From an uncultured delta proteobacterium (GTDB taxonomy: Bacteria; Desulfobacterota; Binatia; UBA9968): DNA of 64,000 bases. Made by a program: the position numbers and the translations under genes. Of the stretch, positions 30,115 through 39,947 are shown piece after piece. The notes beneath the pieces are model-generated. The model was given only the letters and a program-made list of their open reading frames with translations, ran no database searches and had not been told where the DNA came from. The stretch is from NCBI GenBank assembly GCA_963803415.1, contig CAWDMI010000006.1:92399-156398 (forward strand). The letters run 5' to 3'. Position 1 is the stretch's first letter, and each line of letters opens with the position of its first letter.

Positions 30115-31236
30115 TTGAGTTTTCTGCGCATTCGAAACCTTCACAAGAGTTTTGGCGGGGTCAATGCGGTTGGGGATTTAAGCCTCGACATCGAAGAGGG
30201 GGAATTCTTTACTCTTCTCGGGCCCAGCGGGTGCGGGAAAACCACCACTCTTCGTTTGATTGGGGGGCTGGAGAAGCCCGATAGCGGCGAGATCTCTTTA
30301 GGAGACCGGTGTCTGGTCTCGCCCGCGCAAAGAGTTTTTGTCAATCCCGAAAAGCGGGAGATGGGAATGGTGTTCCAGTCCTATGCGCTCTGGCCGCACA
30401 TGACGGTCTTCGAGAATGTGGCCTACCCGCTTAAGCTGCGCTGGGAAAAGAGGCCGGTGATTCAAGAAAAAGTCCATGCGGCTCTAGAGCTGGTGGGTTT
30501 GAGGGGACTGGAGGATCGTCCGGCACCCGCGCTGAGCGGCGGGCAGCAACAACGGGTCGCTCTGGCGCGTGCCCTGGTATTTTCGCCGCGCGTTCTTCTT
30601 CTCGACGAGCCCTTGAGCAATCTGGACGCCCGGCTGCGCGATGAAATGCGCCAGGAGCTGAAGGCATTGCAACGGCGCGTCGGCGTCACCATGGTGTTCG
30701 TTACCCATGACCAGATAGAGGGCTTGAGCCTATCCGATCGCATTGCGATCATGCACCAGGGCCGGCTGTTGCAGGTGGGGGTTCCCGAGGAAGTCTACCA
30801 CCGGCCAAAGACGGCAGTGGTGCGGGATTTTTTAGGGAAAATTTTTTCCCTCGCGGGCCGCATCGTCGAAGCAAGCGACCAGATCGTGAAAGTGGCCGTG
30901 GACGCTTCCTGCTCTGAACCTCTTACCGTTCCCATCCCTACGGCGCCGTCACTGAACTTGGGCTCGTTCAGTGTGGGACAGAACGTTCTCCTGGCAATCC
31001 GGCCGGAGAAAGTCGTCTTTAGGAATTCGGTTCCAGACGCAAAAGCCAATTTGGTTCAGGCCACATGCGAGAGCGCTCACTTCCTGGGTGACCGTTATGA
31101 ATATACGGTGGTTATCGGCGAACAGAAACATCTTTTGATCCTACCTGCTTCGGAAACTCACAGGGTTGGCGAGAAGATATTCATAGAGTTGAAGCCGGAG
31201 GAGATCACCGTCTGGCCTGCGGCAGAGTTTGTCTAG
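30115..31236 (+). CDS. ABC transporter ATP-binding protein
   Basis: [28 protein letters not shown]. Confidence 0.93.
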   Translation: MSFLRIRNLHKSFGGVNAVGDLSLDIEEGEFFTLLGPSGCGKTTTLRLIGGLEKPDSGEISLGDRCLVSPAQRVFVNPEKREMGMVFQSYALWPHMTVFENVAYPLKLRWEKRPVIQEKVHAALELVGLRGLEDRPAPALSGGQQQRVALARALVFSPRVLLLDEPLSNLDARLRDEMRQELKALQRRVGVTMVFVTHDQIEGLSLSDRIAIMHQGRLLQVGVPEEVYHRPKTAVVRDFLGKIFSLAGRIVEASDQIVKVAVDASCSEPLTVPIPTAPSLNLGSFSVGQNVLLAIRPEKVVFRNSVPDAKANLVQATCESAHFLGDRYEYTVVIGEQKHLLILPASETHRVGEKIFIELKPEEITVWPAAEFV

Positions 31237-31469
31237 GTAGCCGGGATTTTTTCTCTGCTATCTGTTTAGGCGAGACTTCACGGGTTGCGCGAAGCGGCGA
31301 TCACACCGAATCTAGCTCGTTTTGTGAGGTCGCGTTGACGTTCAGGGCGCGCCTTCGCCAAGAGCTGATATTTCCTTGACGACAAAAGTTACCCCCTGCC
31401 TGAAGCCGAGAGGTTGCCAGCGCCAGCCCTTGTAGCTAAATTGTCCCCCAAAGAGTTTATTGGTGCAGC

Positions 31470-32342
31470 ATGGAGCGCAGTTCTGATATCCGCAGACTCG
31501 TCGCGGCTCTGGCAATTACCTCGATCTATTTCGTAGCCGAGGTCATCGGGGGCCTCCTCACCAATAGCTTGGCGTTACTGTCTGACGCAGGCCATATGTT
31601 CTCGGACATTGTGGCGCTGTGCTTGAGTTTGTTCGCTTTCTGCATGGCCCAGCGACCGGTCACGGCCAAGAGAACCTACGGCTATCACCGACTCGAGATC
31701 CTGGCCGCGTTGTTCAATGGACTGAGCCTTTGGCTGATCGTGGGAATAATTTTTCACGCCGCCTACAGCCGCATTGCAAGCCCGCCAGAGATTAAAAGCA
31801 CGGGGATGCTGATCGTCGCGTCGGTTGGATTGCTTGTGAATGTGAGCGCCGCGGCCATTCTCTACGCGTCCCATCACGACAACCTCAATGTTCGCGGCGC
31901 GTTCATGCACGTGCTGAGCGATGCGCTGGGGTCCGTTGGAGCGATTGCGGGTGCTGTCACGATGATTGCGACGGGGTGGTACGCGGCTGATCCGCTCGTT
32001 AGTGTTTTCATTGGCGTCCTCATCCTTTATACTTCGTGGAGCCTGATTAAGGAGTCCATGAGTATCCTGATGCAATCCGTTCCAAAGGAAATTGATCTCG
32101 ACGAAGTTCAGTCAGCGATCGAGCAAGTCGGAGGAGTCATTAAAGTCCATGATTTGCATGTGTGGGCGGTCACATCGGGGGTGTTTACCCTGAGCACGCA
32201 CGCCGTGATCGATGGCCAGAAGGAATTTCATCAAGTGCTCAATGATATCGAGAAAACACTCAAGATCCGATTCCACATTGAGCACACAACCGTCCAGTTG
32301 GAAACGGAGGATCGAACAGAACAAGAATTTCAAGCGTTTTAG
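31470..32342 (+). CDS. Cation diffusion facilitator (CzcD/ZitB-like Zn/Co/Cd efflux)
   Basis: SLALLSDAGHMFSD, TYGYHRLE, AFMHVLSD, HDLHVW, HTTVQLE. Confidence 0.93.
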   Translation: MERSSDIRRLVAALAITSIYFVAEVIGGLLTNSLALLSDAGHMFSDIVALCLSLFAFCMAQRPVTAKRTYGYHRLEILAALFNGLSLWLIVGIIFHAAYSRIASPPEIKSTGMLIVASVGLLVNVSAAAILYASHHDNLNVRGAFMHVLSDALGSVGAIAGAVTMIATGWYAADPLVSVFIGVLILYTSWSLIKESMSILMQSVPKEIDLDEVQSAIEQVGGVIKVHDLHVWAVTSGVFTLSTHAVIDGQKEFHQVLNDIEKTLKIRFHIEHTTVQLETEDRTEQEFQAF

Positions 32343-32403
32343 CTTGTTCGTGCCGATTTTCACCGGTTCCTGCCGGCGGCCGAGGATAACGTCGAACCTG
32401 GCC

Positions 32404-33717
32404 ATGGCTGATACGAATTTTACTGCCGCAGAGCTGTTCGAATCCTGGCCCGCGCTCTCAGTCGATGAGCGCGCCGAGGGGTTTGAACTTCTTCGGCGCG
32501 AGGAAGCAGAAAAATTTTTTCTGCAGTTGAGCGCGCGCGACCAGGCTCAGATGGTCCTGGCGCTTCCGGCGGGAGAGCGGCGGATATGGCTCCGTCTTTT
32601 GCCACCGGACGAGGCCGTCGACGTCATCCAGGAGGCGCCCCTCGAAGAAAGGGAGAATCTGCTTCAGCTCCTCGATGACACGACCCGCAGAGAGGTGAGA
32701 GGGCTGCTCGTCTATGCCGCGGATGATGCTGGAGGGCTCATGAATCCTCGGTATGCCCGCCTTCGGCCCGACATGAACCTTGACGAGGCAATCAGCTATC
32801 TGCGGAGAGATGCGCGCGCGCGGGCCGAAAGCGTGTACTACGCTTACGTCGTGGATGCGGACAATCGCTTGCGCGGTGTGGTCTCCTTTCGTGACTTGTT
32901 TGCAGCGAGCGGAGAAAAGAGAGTCGAAGACGTCATGCGTAAAGATGTCGTGACGGCCTCCGAAGAAATGGACCAGGAAGCGCTGAGCCAGCTTTTCGCG
33001 CGCCACAATTTGATGATGATCCCGGTCGTGGACTCGGAACAACGGATCAAGGGAATTGTCACGTTCGACGACATTATCGATGTGGTCCAAGAAGAGGCCA
33101 CGGAGGATATTCACAAGATCGGCGGCACCGAAGCTCTGGACGCGCCCTATCTGCAGATTCCGCTGCTGCAAATGATCAAGAAGCGCGCCGGCTGGCTGAC
33201 CGCCCTGTTCATTGGGGAGCTGCTTACGGCGACCGCTATGGGGCATTTTGAAGCGGAAATCGCGCGGGCGGTCGTGCTCGCCCTTTTCTTGCCGCTCATT
33301 ATCAGCAGTGGTGGAAACTCGGGTTCGCAGGCCACGACGCTCGTTATTCGCGCGATGGCGCTGCAAGAAGTCAGGCTGCGAGACTGGTGGAGAGTGGTTC
33401 GGCGCGAGCTTGCCACCGGCCTTGCCCTCGGGTCCATTTTGGCGATCATTGGTTTGATCCGTATTCTGGTTTGGCAGGCCACCTTCCACGTTTACGGTGA
33501 GCATTACGTGCTCGTGGCCGCAACCGTTGCGCTCAGCCTGGTCGGAGTGGTTCTCTGGGGAACGGTCGCAGGTTCGACGCTGCCCTTTGTCCTGCGGGTC
33601 GCGGGCTTCGATCCGGCCAGCGCTTCGGCCCCGTTTGTGGCAACGCTCGTCGATGTCACAGGGATTGTGATTTATTTTACGGTTGCCAGCCTGGTGCTTC
33701 GAGGAACCTTGCTTTAG
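32404..33717 (+). CDS. mgtE: Magnesium transporter MgtE
   Basis: N domain, CBS pair (AGGLM, PVVD), SGGNSGSQA, DPASASAPFVATLVDVTG. Confidence 0.93.
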   Translation: MADTNFTAAELFESWPALSVDERAEGFELLRREEAEKFFLQLSARDQAQMVLALPAGERRIWLRLLPPDEAVDVIQEAPLEERENLLQLLDDTTRREVRGLLVYAADDAGGLMNPRYARLRPDMNLDEAISYLRRDARARAESVYYAYVVDADNRLRGVVSFRDLFAASGEKRVEDVMRKDVVTASEEMDQEALSQLFARHNLMMIPVVDSEQRIKGIVTFDDIIDVVQEEATEDIHKIGGTEALDAPYLQIPLLQMIKKRAGWLTALFIGELLTATAMGHFEAEIARAVVLALFLPLIISSGGNSGSQATTLVIRAMALQEVRLRDWWRVVRRELATGLALGSILAIIGLIRILVWQATFHVYGEHYVLVAATVALSLVGVVLWGTVAGSTLPFVLRVAGFDPASASAPFVATLVDVTGIVIYFTVASLVLRGTLL

Positions 33718-34471
33718 ACGGATAGAGAGCCGAATGGGAGCCAAAATATCGCGACAGCGGTTTTGTAGCGAGCGTTTCCTGCCGAGACGGGCGGCTGTTT
33801 GTCCCTGTCGGGCCGAAGAAATAGGCCGTGGCGATGCGGGAAATCGGGCGCTGCGCAAGACGGTTTTATGCGTGGCGACCCTGTTGTGTTTTGTGCTTCA
33901 CGGTTGCGCTGCGATAAAAGGTTCTCCAAGGTCAGTCGAGAGTTCTATGCTCATGGGGCGCGTGCTGATCAATAACAGCTACCGAGGGCGCAACGGCTTG
34001 CTCCCCATGGGGCTCCAGGCGAAGAGCATTCAGGTTGAAATCCGCAGCGAGGACTGGGAGAGAATTGCGCGAGGAAGCACGGATGAAGAAGGCTACTTTT
34101 TCGTGCCCAACCTTCCACCGGGTGATTACTACTTGCGCAGCGTTGCGTTCGACGTAGTTTCTGAGAAGAGAACCGACGGGATGCGCTTCAGTGTCCGGTT
34201 CCTCAAAGCCCGGGTCGGCGTGAAAACGGTTACTTATCTAGGTACGCTCTTAGTGGAGGTTTCCCGGGAAGGAGAGTTCCATTTCAAAGAACTTCATGAC
34301 GCAGAAAAGGCGCGCCAGTGGCTGTTGAAGGCAATGGGCGGGACTGGATGGGAAACATGTGAATTTATTTCGGCTCCCCCGAGTTCCGTAATTCCTCCCG
34401 CGGGACAGTTGTCCGGCGTGAAGAAGGATAAACCTGCTGCCAACGCCAATCCGACAAAATCAGCGCGATAA
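33683..34471 (+). CDS. Hypothetical lipoprotein-like protein with carboxypeptidase-regulatory-like (prealbumin) fold segment; true start probably downstream
   Basis: LHGC lipobox-like motif; TDEEGYFFVPNLPPGDYYL. Confidence 0.5.
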   Translation: MPAWCFEEPCFRRIESRMGAKISRQRFCSERFLPRRAAVCPCRAEEIGRGDAGNRALRKTVLCVATLLCFVLHGCAAIKGSPRSVESSMLMGRVLINNSYRGRNGLLPMGLQAKSIQVEIRSEDWERIARGSTDEEGYFFVPNLPPGDYYLRSVAFDVVSEKRTDGMRFSVRFLKARVGVKTVTYLGTLLVEVSREGEFHFKELHDAEKARQWLLKAMGGTGWETCEFISAPPSSVIPPAGQLSGVKKDKPAANANPTKSAR

Positions 34472-34631
34472 GTTCGCCGCACGTCCAGTATGGATCACCG
34501 ATCGTCTGTTTCGACTCTGGCGTTGCCGGAGCACACTCGGGTTTGGCCAGCGTAAGGATCTTCGGTAGCCGTTGGATTGCGGGAGTAACGGAGCGAGGCT
34601 AGTGAGACGCAGGTAACGAAGGTAAGACGGT

Positions 34632-35366
34632 ATGGAGTTAGAAAGCAAGGCCGAGCTGTTGTGTATTCACTGTAAGCGTTTTGTGCCTTCTGATGCTTTG
34701 ATTTCCGGCGAAATCATCCGACCCGGGATCGTGGAAATGATCAAAAAGCGCGATCCTCAGTGGGCATCGTCGAATCTAATCTGCTCCGAGTGTCTCAACG
34801 TCCTGCGATCGGAGTATGTAGAGAATGCTTTAGAGGATGAGAAGGGGGAGCTTTCCCGCTTGGACCGTGAAGTAATCGCCAGCCTGAAGGAGCAGGAGAT
34901 TCTTACGGAAAATTTGAATCTCGCTTTTGATCAGGACCTCACATTGGGGCAGTACGTAGCCGACAAGGTGGCAGACTTTGGTGGAAGTTGGCCATTTATT
35001 GTGATTTTCTTTTGTGTGCTCGTGATCTGGATGGCAATTAACTCAGCTTTTGTTCTGAGACGGCCATTCGATCCGTACCCCTACATTCTTTTAAACCTGG
35101 TCCTTTCTTGTCTCGCGGCCATCCAAGCTCCCATTATTATGATGAGTCAAAATCGTGCGGAGGCGAGAGACCGTCTGCGCTCCGAGCATGACTACCAGGT
35201 TAATTTAAAAGCAGAGCTGGAAATTCGCCACCTGCATGAAAAGCTTGACATCCTGTTGAAGCATCAATGGCAAAAGCTTCTGGAAGTCCAGCAAATTCAG
35301 CTGGACCTCATGCGAGAGATCGGGAGCAGGAATCAGAGTCTCCCGGGAGAGACCTCTCGTTCCTGA
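34632..35366 (+). CDS. DUF1003 membrane protein
   Basis: ADKVADFGGSWPF, FDPYPYILLNL, QAPIIMMSQNR, DYQVNLKAELEI. Confidence 0.9.
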   Translation: MELESKAELLCIHCKRFVPSDALISGEIIRPGIVEMIKKRDPQWASSNLICSECLNVLRSEYVENALEDEKGELSRLDREVIASLKEQEILTENLNLAFDQDLTLGQYVADKVADFGGSWPFIVIFFCVLVIWMAINSAFVLRRPFDPYPYILLNLVLSCLAAIQAPIIMMSQNRAEARDRLRSEHDYQVNLKAELEIRHLHEKLDILLKHQWQKLLEVQQIQLDLMREIGSRNQSLPGETSRS

Positions 35367-35372
35367 TCGACG

Positions 35373-35675
35373 ATGGCTTGGCGCGGTTTGATCTATCTTT
35401 TTCTAGTTCTGTCTTTTGTTTTGCATGGAATTGCATTTGCTATTCTGGGCTTCAAGCGGGAAAGAATCCATTATTTTTTCCTTACCGGCACGTTTGCTTT
35501 TCTCACTGCCGTTTATCTCATCAAGTTTGAGGCCTGGTCTATGAGCATTCCCGGGACCGGTGTGCCGCTAACCTACCTGCTAAGAATCGCTGCGTTTGCG
35601 TGCACGGCGAGTTACCTGCGGGTCATTTATCACGAAGAAGGTTCGTGGCTGTGGAGGTTACGCCAGTGCCTTTGA
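35373..35675 (+). CDS. Small hypothetical membrane protein
   Basis: Three hydrophobic segments; operon-like spacing. Confidence 0.6.
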   Translation: MAWRGLIYLFLVLSFVLHGIAFAILGFKRERIHYFFLTGTFAFLTAVYLIKFEAWSMSIPGTGVPLTYLLRIAAFACTASYLRVIYHEEGSWLWRLRQCL

Positions 35676-35842
35676 GTTGCCAAGACGCCGGTGTTGTTGG
35701 CCGCGTGGGGTTGCTGCGGGGTTCTCATTTGTGTTGACAGGGTCAAACTGCCACAGTGAAACGGACTTAATTCAGCGTTCGCCAGGTTTCTCGCCGTCAT
35801 CGCCGAGTTTTTCGGGTATGAGCCTGCTCTGAGCGAAGTCTT

Positions 35843-36454
35843 ATGACCGATCCGAGTCACCTTCTACAGCATTGGGGTTATCCGGCGATCTTTTTCTTAG
35901 TTTTCTTCGGAAATCTAGGTCTTCCCGTTCCGGAGGAGACAGTTCTTAGCCTTGCCGGATTTCTCGTGTGGAAGGGTGAACTCCAGTTTCTGATCACGAC
36001 CGGAATTGGCATCGCAGGTGCGGTTGCGGGTGATAACTTCGGCTACTGGGCAGGACGTCATTTGGGAGTGCGAGCGGCGTTACGCTACGGACGATTCGTT
36101 TTCATTACCGCGGGACGGGTCGCCAGAATGCAGGGTTTTATGTCGAGGTACGGAGCTGCGGGAGTTTTTTTAGCCCGTTTTTTTCCGGGGATTCGGTTCC
36201 TGGCCGGTCCGTTGGCGGGAACTTCGTCGATGCCGTACAGGAAGTTTTTTATTGCCAATTTCTGTGGCGCGGTCTTTTACGTGCCGCTGATGGTATCTAT
36301 TGGCTACGGCGTGGGGATTGGATTGGGCGAAAAGTTAAAGAAGGTAGGTCAGTTCGAATATATTGGGTTGCTCTTAATAGCCGCAACCGCGCTGCTGATT
36401 TTGGCGTGGAGAGCTCTCAGATATCAACAACGGACGGCGCAGCCCAAAGAGTAG
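35843..36454 (+). CDS. DedA family membrane protein
   Basis: GLPVPEE, GDNFGYWAGR, ARFFPGIR. Confidence 0.9.
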   Translation: MTDPSHLLQHWGYPAIFFLVFFGNLGLPVPEETVLSLAGFLVWKGELQFLITTGIGIAGAVAGDNFGYWAGRHLGVRAALRYGRFVFITAGRVARMQGFMSRYGAAGVFLARFFPGIRFLAGPLAGTSSMPYRKFFIANFCGAVFYVPLMVSIGYGVGIGLGEKLKKVGQFEYIGLLLIAATALLILAWRALRYQQRTAQPKE

Positions 36455-36578
36455 CAATTGTGTCAATTCGAAAAGGCCCCTAGTCTTAGCACGCGCGGGG
36501 GGCCCGACCGTTGCGATGGCAATTTCTGTCGCAGATAATCCAAGCCAGCGGTTGTGATTTCAAGGATAGAAAAAGATT

Positions 36579-37121
36579 CTACCTAGCTAGAGGCCGCGCG
36601 AAACCTTTGGGTCTGGCTCCCTGGCGCGATCGAGTCGTTTTGCCGGAGCGCGGCTCAAGAGCCGCGCTCAAAGGTTGCATTGCGACCGCAGGCGCATGGC
36701 CGCTTGTGTGTTTTGCTCTCCAGCGCTTCAGGCCGGCACGGATATAAGTTGGATTGAGAGTTAGCACGTCACAAATTCTCTCGAATGAGAAAATCCAGGG
36801 ATGGTCTGGCTTCATGATCCATGCTTCGGCCTCCCGGTAGATGGTTTCAGCCCTTTCGGCCCGACTCTGGGCATAGCGCTGATAGCACGCGACGGCGTCC
36901 TCCAGAATTGCAAGCGCGAGTTTCTGTTCCGGAAGAAGCAGATGCCGAGTGCGCCGCGTCCGGTGGTATTGAATCGGAAGCAAAATATCAGGCTGGAAGA
37001 TAGAGAAATGTTCCGGTCTCATTTTTGATCTTTCATCGTTCCAGCGGGATAGTTCCTGCGAAAGAAATGCATTAGGCTCTTGCGGAGCAAAAGGAATTAC
37101 TTCCTTCAATGTTCTCATCAT
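36579..37121 (-). CDS. Conserved hypothetical protein
   Basis: AGGAG RBS; globular core PEQKLALAILEDAV...EAEAWI...FSFERICDVL. Confidence 0.65.
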   Translation of the reverse strand: MMRTLKEVIPFAPQEPNAFLSQELSRWNDERSKMRPEHFSIFQPDILLPIQYHRTRRTRHLLLPEQKLALAILEDAVACYQRYAQSRAERAETIYREAEAWIMKPDHPWIFSFERICDVLTLNPTYIRAGLKRWRAKHTSGHAPAVAMQPLSAALEPRSGKTTRSRQGARPKGFARPLAR

Positions 37122-37272
37122 TAATTCTCCTGCTCGATTTGCATGTCCCTTGTCCATGCCGAATCCGGGTCAGCGAAGTGATTGCTGATGCATCGAAGAT
37201 TCCCAGAAATGGCGAGTCTACGGCGCCTACCCCAGAGAATTGGACTGGAGGCGCGTTCGAGGGCAAATCAGA

Positions 37273-37641
37273 TTAGAGATTCAGAACAGAGATGAAAAGA
37301 TGGCGCGGGATTTTGGGAGCGAAACTCTTTTGGGGAGGGCCCAAGCTGATCGGTGCGGCTAAGCTGGTGATGCGGTAATTTTCAACGGTGGACGGTGCCT
37401 TATCACGGGTGTGTCCGTTGAGGGTTTTGTTGAGCGAATCGTCCGTATCTTCAGCGATGAGCGAGGTGCCTTCTAACCATTCCCGGGCAGAGTGAGGTTT
37501 TAGGGATTTGGGTGCTTCACTATGGAGATCAAAAGAGATAGACACTTGGGGTGGGGCGAATCCGGAGGCCGCAACGTTAAGCACCAGTGAAAAGAGTGCC
37601 CAAGCGGCGAAGATAGGAAAAACGTTAGTTCGTGCTAACAT
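37273..37641 (-). CDS. Small exported/membrane-anchored protein with C-terminal ...RHLFISVLNL (putative leader peptide)
   Basis: N-terminal hydrophobic segment, polar linker, tail similar to that of 39317-39676. Confidence 0.5.
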   Translation of the reverse strand: MLARTNVFPIFAAWALFSLVLNVAASGFAPPQVSISFDLHSEAPKSLKPHSAREWLEGTSLIAEDTDDSLNKTLNGHTRDKAPSTVENYRITSLAAPISLGPPQKSFAPKIPRHLFISVLNL

Positions 37642-37698
37642 TTTGACGAAAGAAACAACAGAGCTTGCCAACGCAGTCAAACCTGAGATTTCCTCCAG

Positions 37699-39195
37699 TT
37701 ATTCCGATTTCTTAAGCGCGAGAAAAATAGAGTTTTCACCTCTCCGGACCAAGAAAAGTATCGACGGCTTTCCGCCATTTTCGATGGCTTGCTGATATTC
37801 CTTAAGATTGCGCACGGACTTGCGATTGACCTCCACGATCACGTCTCCCTGTTCCAGTCCCGCATCGTCGGCCGGGCTCCCAGGGGCAACGCCAGTAACG
37901 ATTACCCCTGTGCTTCTATCCAATCCCAGTCGCTGCGCTATTTCCGGCGTAATATTCTGTAGAGTCAATCCCAGCTTTTCCTTGGCCGGTACGGACGCCA
38001 CAACGGTTTCGTCCTTGAGCTCACTGATGGTAACTGCAAGCACCAATTCTTTGCCGTCGCGGATAACCTTGACGCGGGCTGTCTTCCCTAGAGCGGTATT
38101 GGCCACCAGGATGGGAAGGTCGTTAGCGTCTTTAATTTCCTTACCATCAAATGTCACGATTACGTCACCGCTTTTCATACCGGCGATGTCCGCGGGTCCT
38201 TTGGCCGTGATGTCCGCTATCAGAGCGCCTTGAGCTTCTTTCAAACCTAGCGAATTGGCAATTGCTGGGGTTACTCTTTGAATGCTGACGCCCATAAAGC
38301 CTCTGGTAACTTTTCCCCTGTCTTTGAGTTGTGGCAGCAGCTGCTTGGCCAGGTTAATTGGAATCGCAAAACCGATTCCAATACTGCCTCCCGTTTCACT
38401 GTAAATCGCCGTGTTGATTCCCACCACCTCGCCGTGCAGGTTGATCAAGGGGCCACCGGAATTGCCGGGATTGATCGAGGCGTCGGTTTGAATGAAATTA
38501 TCATAGGGCCCGGCACCGATGTGCCTGCCTTTGGCGCTGATAATGCCGGAGGTAACAGTATTATCCAGCCCGAATGGGTTACCGATCGCTACGATCCACT
38601 CCCCCACTTCCAGAGTGTCGGAATCCCCGAGGGGCGCGGCCGGCAGCTCTCTTTTGGCATCGATCTTGATCAAGGCGATGTCAGTTTTTGGATCATTTCC
38701 GACGACCTTGGCCTTGAACTCGCTTTCGTCGGATAGCTTTACGAGAATCTCGTCGGCTTTCTCGACCACATGGTTGTTCGTCAGGATAAAACCCTGCTTA
38801 TCGATGATGAAACCCGATCCGAGGCTTCTCTCAGGAGATCGTTCTTGGGGAAGGCGATTGCCAAAAAAACGCCGCCAGAATTCCGCGCCCGGGCCCTGCT
38901 CGCCGAACGGACTTGCGGAGCCCGGGTCGGAAGCTTCGGCGCTTTGCTTCGTCGAGATGTTGACGACCACGGGCTTCAGGGTTTTTGCCAAGGTCACAAA
39001 ATCGAGACTTGCTTTGGCGATTGCCGGAGCTGGCCCACCAGACTGACTCGCATTCGCCACCGGATGGAGCCAGTTTCCTGGCGCTGCTCTTTCCCACATC
39101 TCGCCGATCGCGGCTCCGGTGAGAAGAAAACCAAGACCGATGGCCACGACGACGTGCGTCTCTAGCTTGAAATACCGGTTTGTGAATGCTTTCAT
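37699..39195 (-). CDS. degP: Do/DegQ family periplasmic serine endoprotease with 2 PDZ domains
   Basis: GSGFII, TNNHVV, DIALIK, QTDASINPGNSGGPL; two PDZ domains. Confidence 0.93.
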   Translation of the reverse strand: MKAFTNRYFKLETHVVVAIGLGFLLTGAAIGEMWERAAPGNWLHPVANASQSGGPAPAIAKASLDFVTLAKTLKPVVVNISTKQSAEASDPGSASPFGEQGPGAEFWRRFFGNRLPQERSPERSLGSGFIIDKQGFILTNNHVVEKADEILVKLSDESEFKAKVVGNDPKTDIALIKIDAKRELPAAPLGDSDTLEVGEWIVAIGNPFGLDNTVTSGIISAKGRHIGAGPYDNFIQTDASINPGNSGGPLINLHGEVVGINTAIYSETGGSIGIGFAIPINLAKQLLPQLKDRGKVTRGFMGVSIQRVTPAIANSLGLKEAQGALIADITAKGPADIAGMKSGDVIVTFDGKEIKDANDLPILVANTALGKTARVKVIRDGKELVLAVTISELKDETVVASVPAKEKLGLTLQNITPEIAQRLGLDRSTGVIVTGVAPGSPADDAGLEQGDVIVEVNRKSVRNLKEYQQAIENGGKPSILFLVRRGENSIFLALKKSE

Positions 39196-39316
39196 GTTTC
39201 CCCTCGTTAACATGCTTTTCGCCTGCCTTTGAATCCCGGCGGAAAAAGGCCGCGGGATGCGGACGACTCTCCAACCCCAGATTCGATCTGAGGGTGGGGT
39301 GCGAAAGCCAAAAGAA

Positions 39317-39676
39317 TCAGAGCACCAAAACCGGCGTTAACCTATATGCGAATGGGTTAACTACCAGGGTGGCGAGCTTGGGCGAGTGAATTTCGATCCC
39401 AGGAGAGTTCTGTGGCGGCTCCTCAGCAAAAAAATAGACTTTCAGCGGCTTGGCAAATTCCACATGGGCAAAGCTACCATCCTCAGGTTCCAGGAAAGGG
39501 CTTTCGCCCAGAGCCTTCCCGTCCGGTTGGCCCGTGTTCGGCTCACAGGGAGCGGCGATTCTGGCGGAGGTAGGCGTACTAGGGGCGGAAGCATAACCGT
39601 CGCTCAGAGATGCGCTTAAGGCCCAGAGGAATGCGAACGCTAACGATAGCACCCACGCTTTGTTTAATTTTAACAC
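39317..39676 (-). CDS. Small exported protein with C-terminal ...AYRLTPVLVL (putative leader peptide of degP)
   Basis: Signal-peptide-like N-terminus, Pro-rich linker, hydrophobic tail; hairpins between its stop and degP. Confidence 0.5.
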   Translation of the reverse strand: MLKLNKAWVLSLAFAFLWALSASLSDGYASAPSTPTSARIAAPCEPNTGQPDGKALGESPFLEPEDGSFAHVEFAKPLKVYFFAEEPPQNSPGIEIHSPKLATLVVNPFAYRLTPVLVL

Positions 39677-39947
39677 ATTCGTTTACCGCCTAAGCTATGA
39701 GTTTAAGCGGCGAAGGGGTAAAGTCAATAGCCGCTCAAGGCAATTGGACGTACGGGGGTAACAGAAGGTTTAGCCTGCCACAAATAATCTTTTCGCCGGG
39801 AGCTTGTTTTTAGCTGTTCCTCCGTATCAAAATGGTGGAACGCCACCTAGGGGTAGTCTTCAAACGGTTCGATCTTGGAGTGCTGGTTTTGCTTGATAAT
39901 CCTCGTTTTCCGGCAAAAGATGAACAATCCTATGCTCCGCATCCTCG

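Noticed and set aside
31237-31469. NiCo or M-box riboswitch upstream of the CDF/mgtE genes
   Set aside because: No recognisable consensus elements by eye; an Infernal search would be needed
32458-33858. Long antisense ORF (466 aa) opposite mgtE, and similar shadow ORFs (e.g. 25157-26050, 23956-24792, 4552-5316)
   Set aside because: They overlap well-supported genes on the other strand, have no motifs, and are typical of GC-rich codon bias
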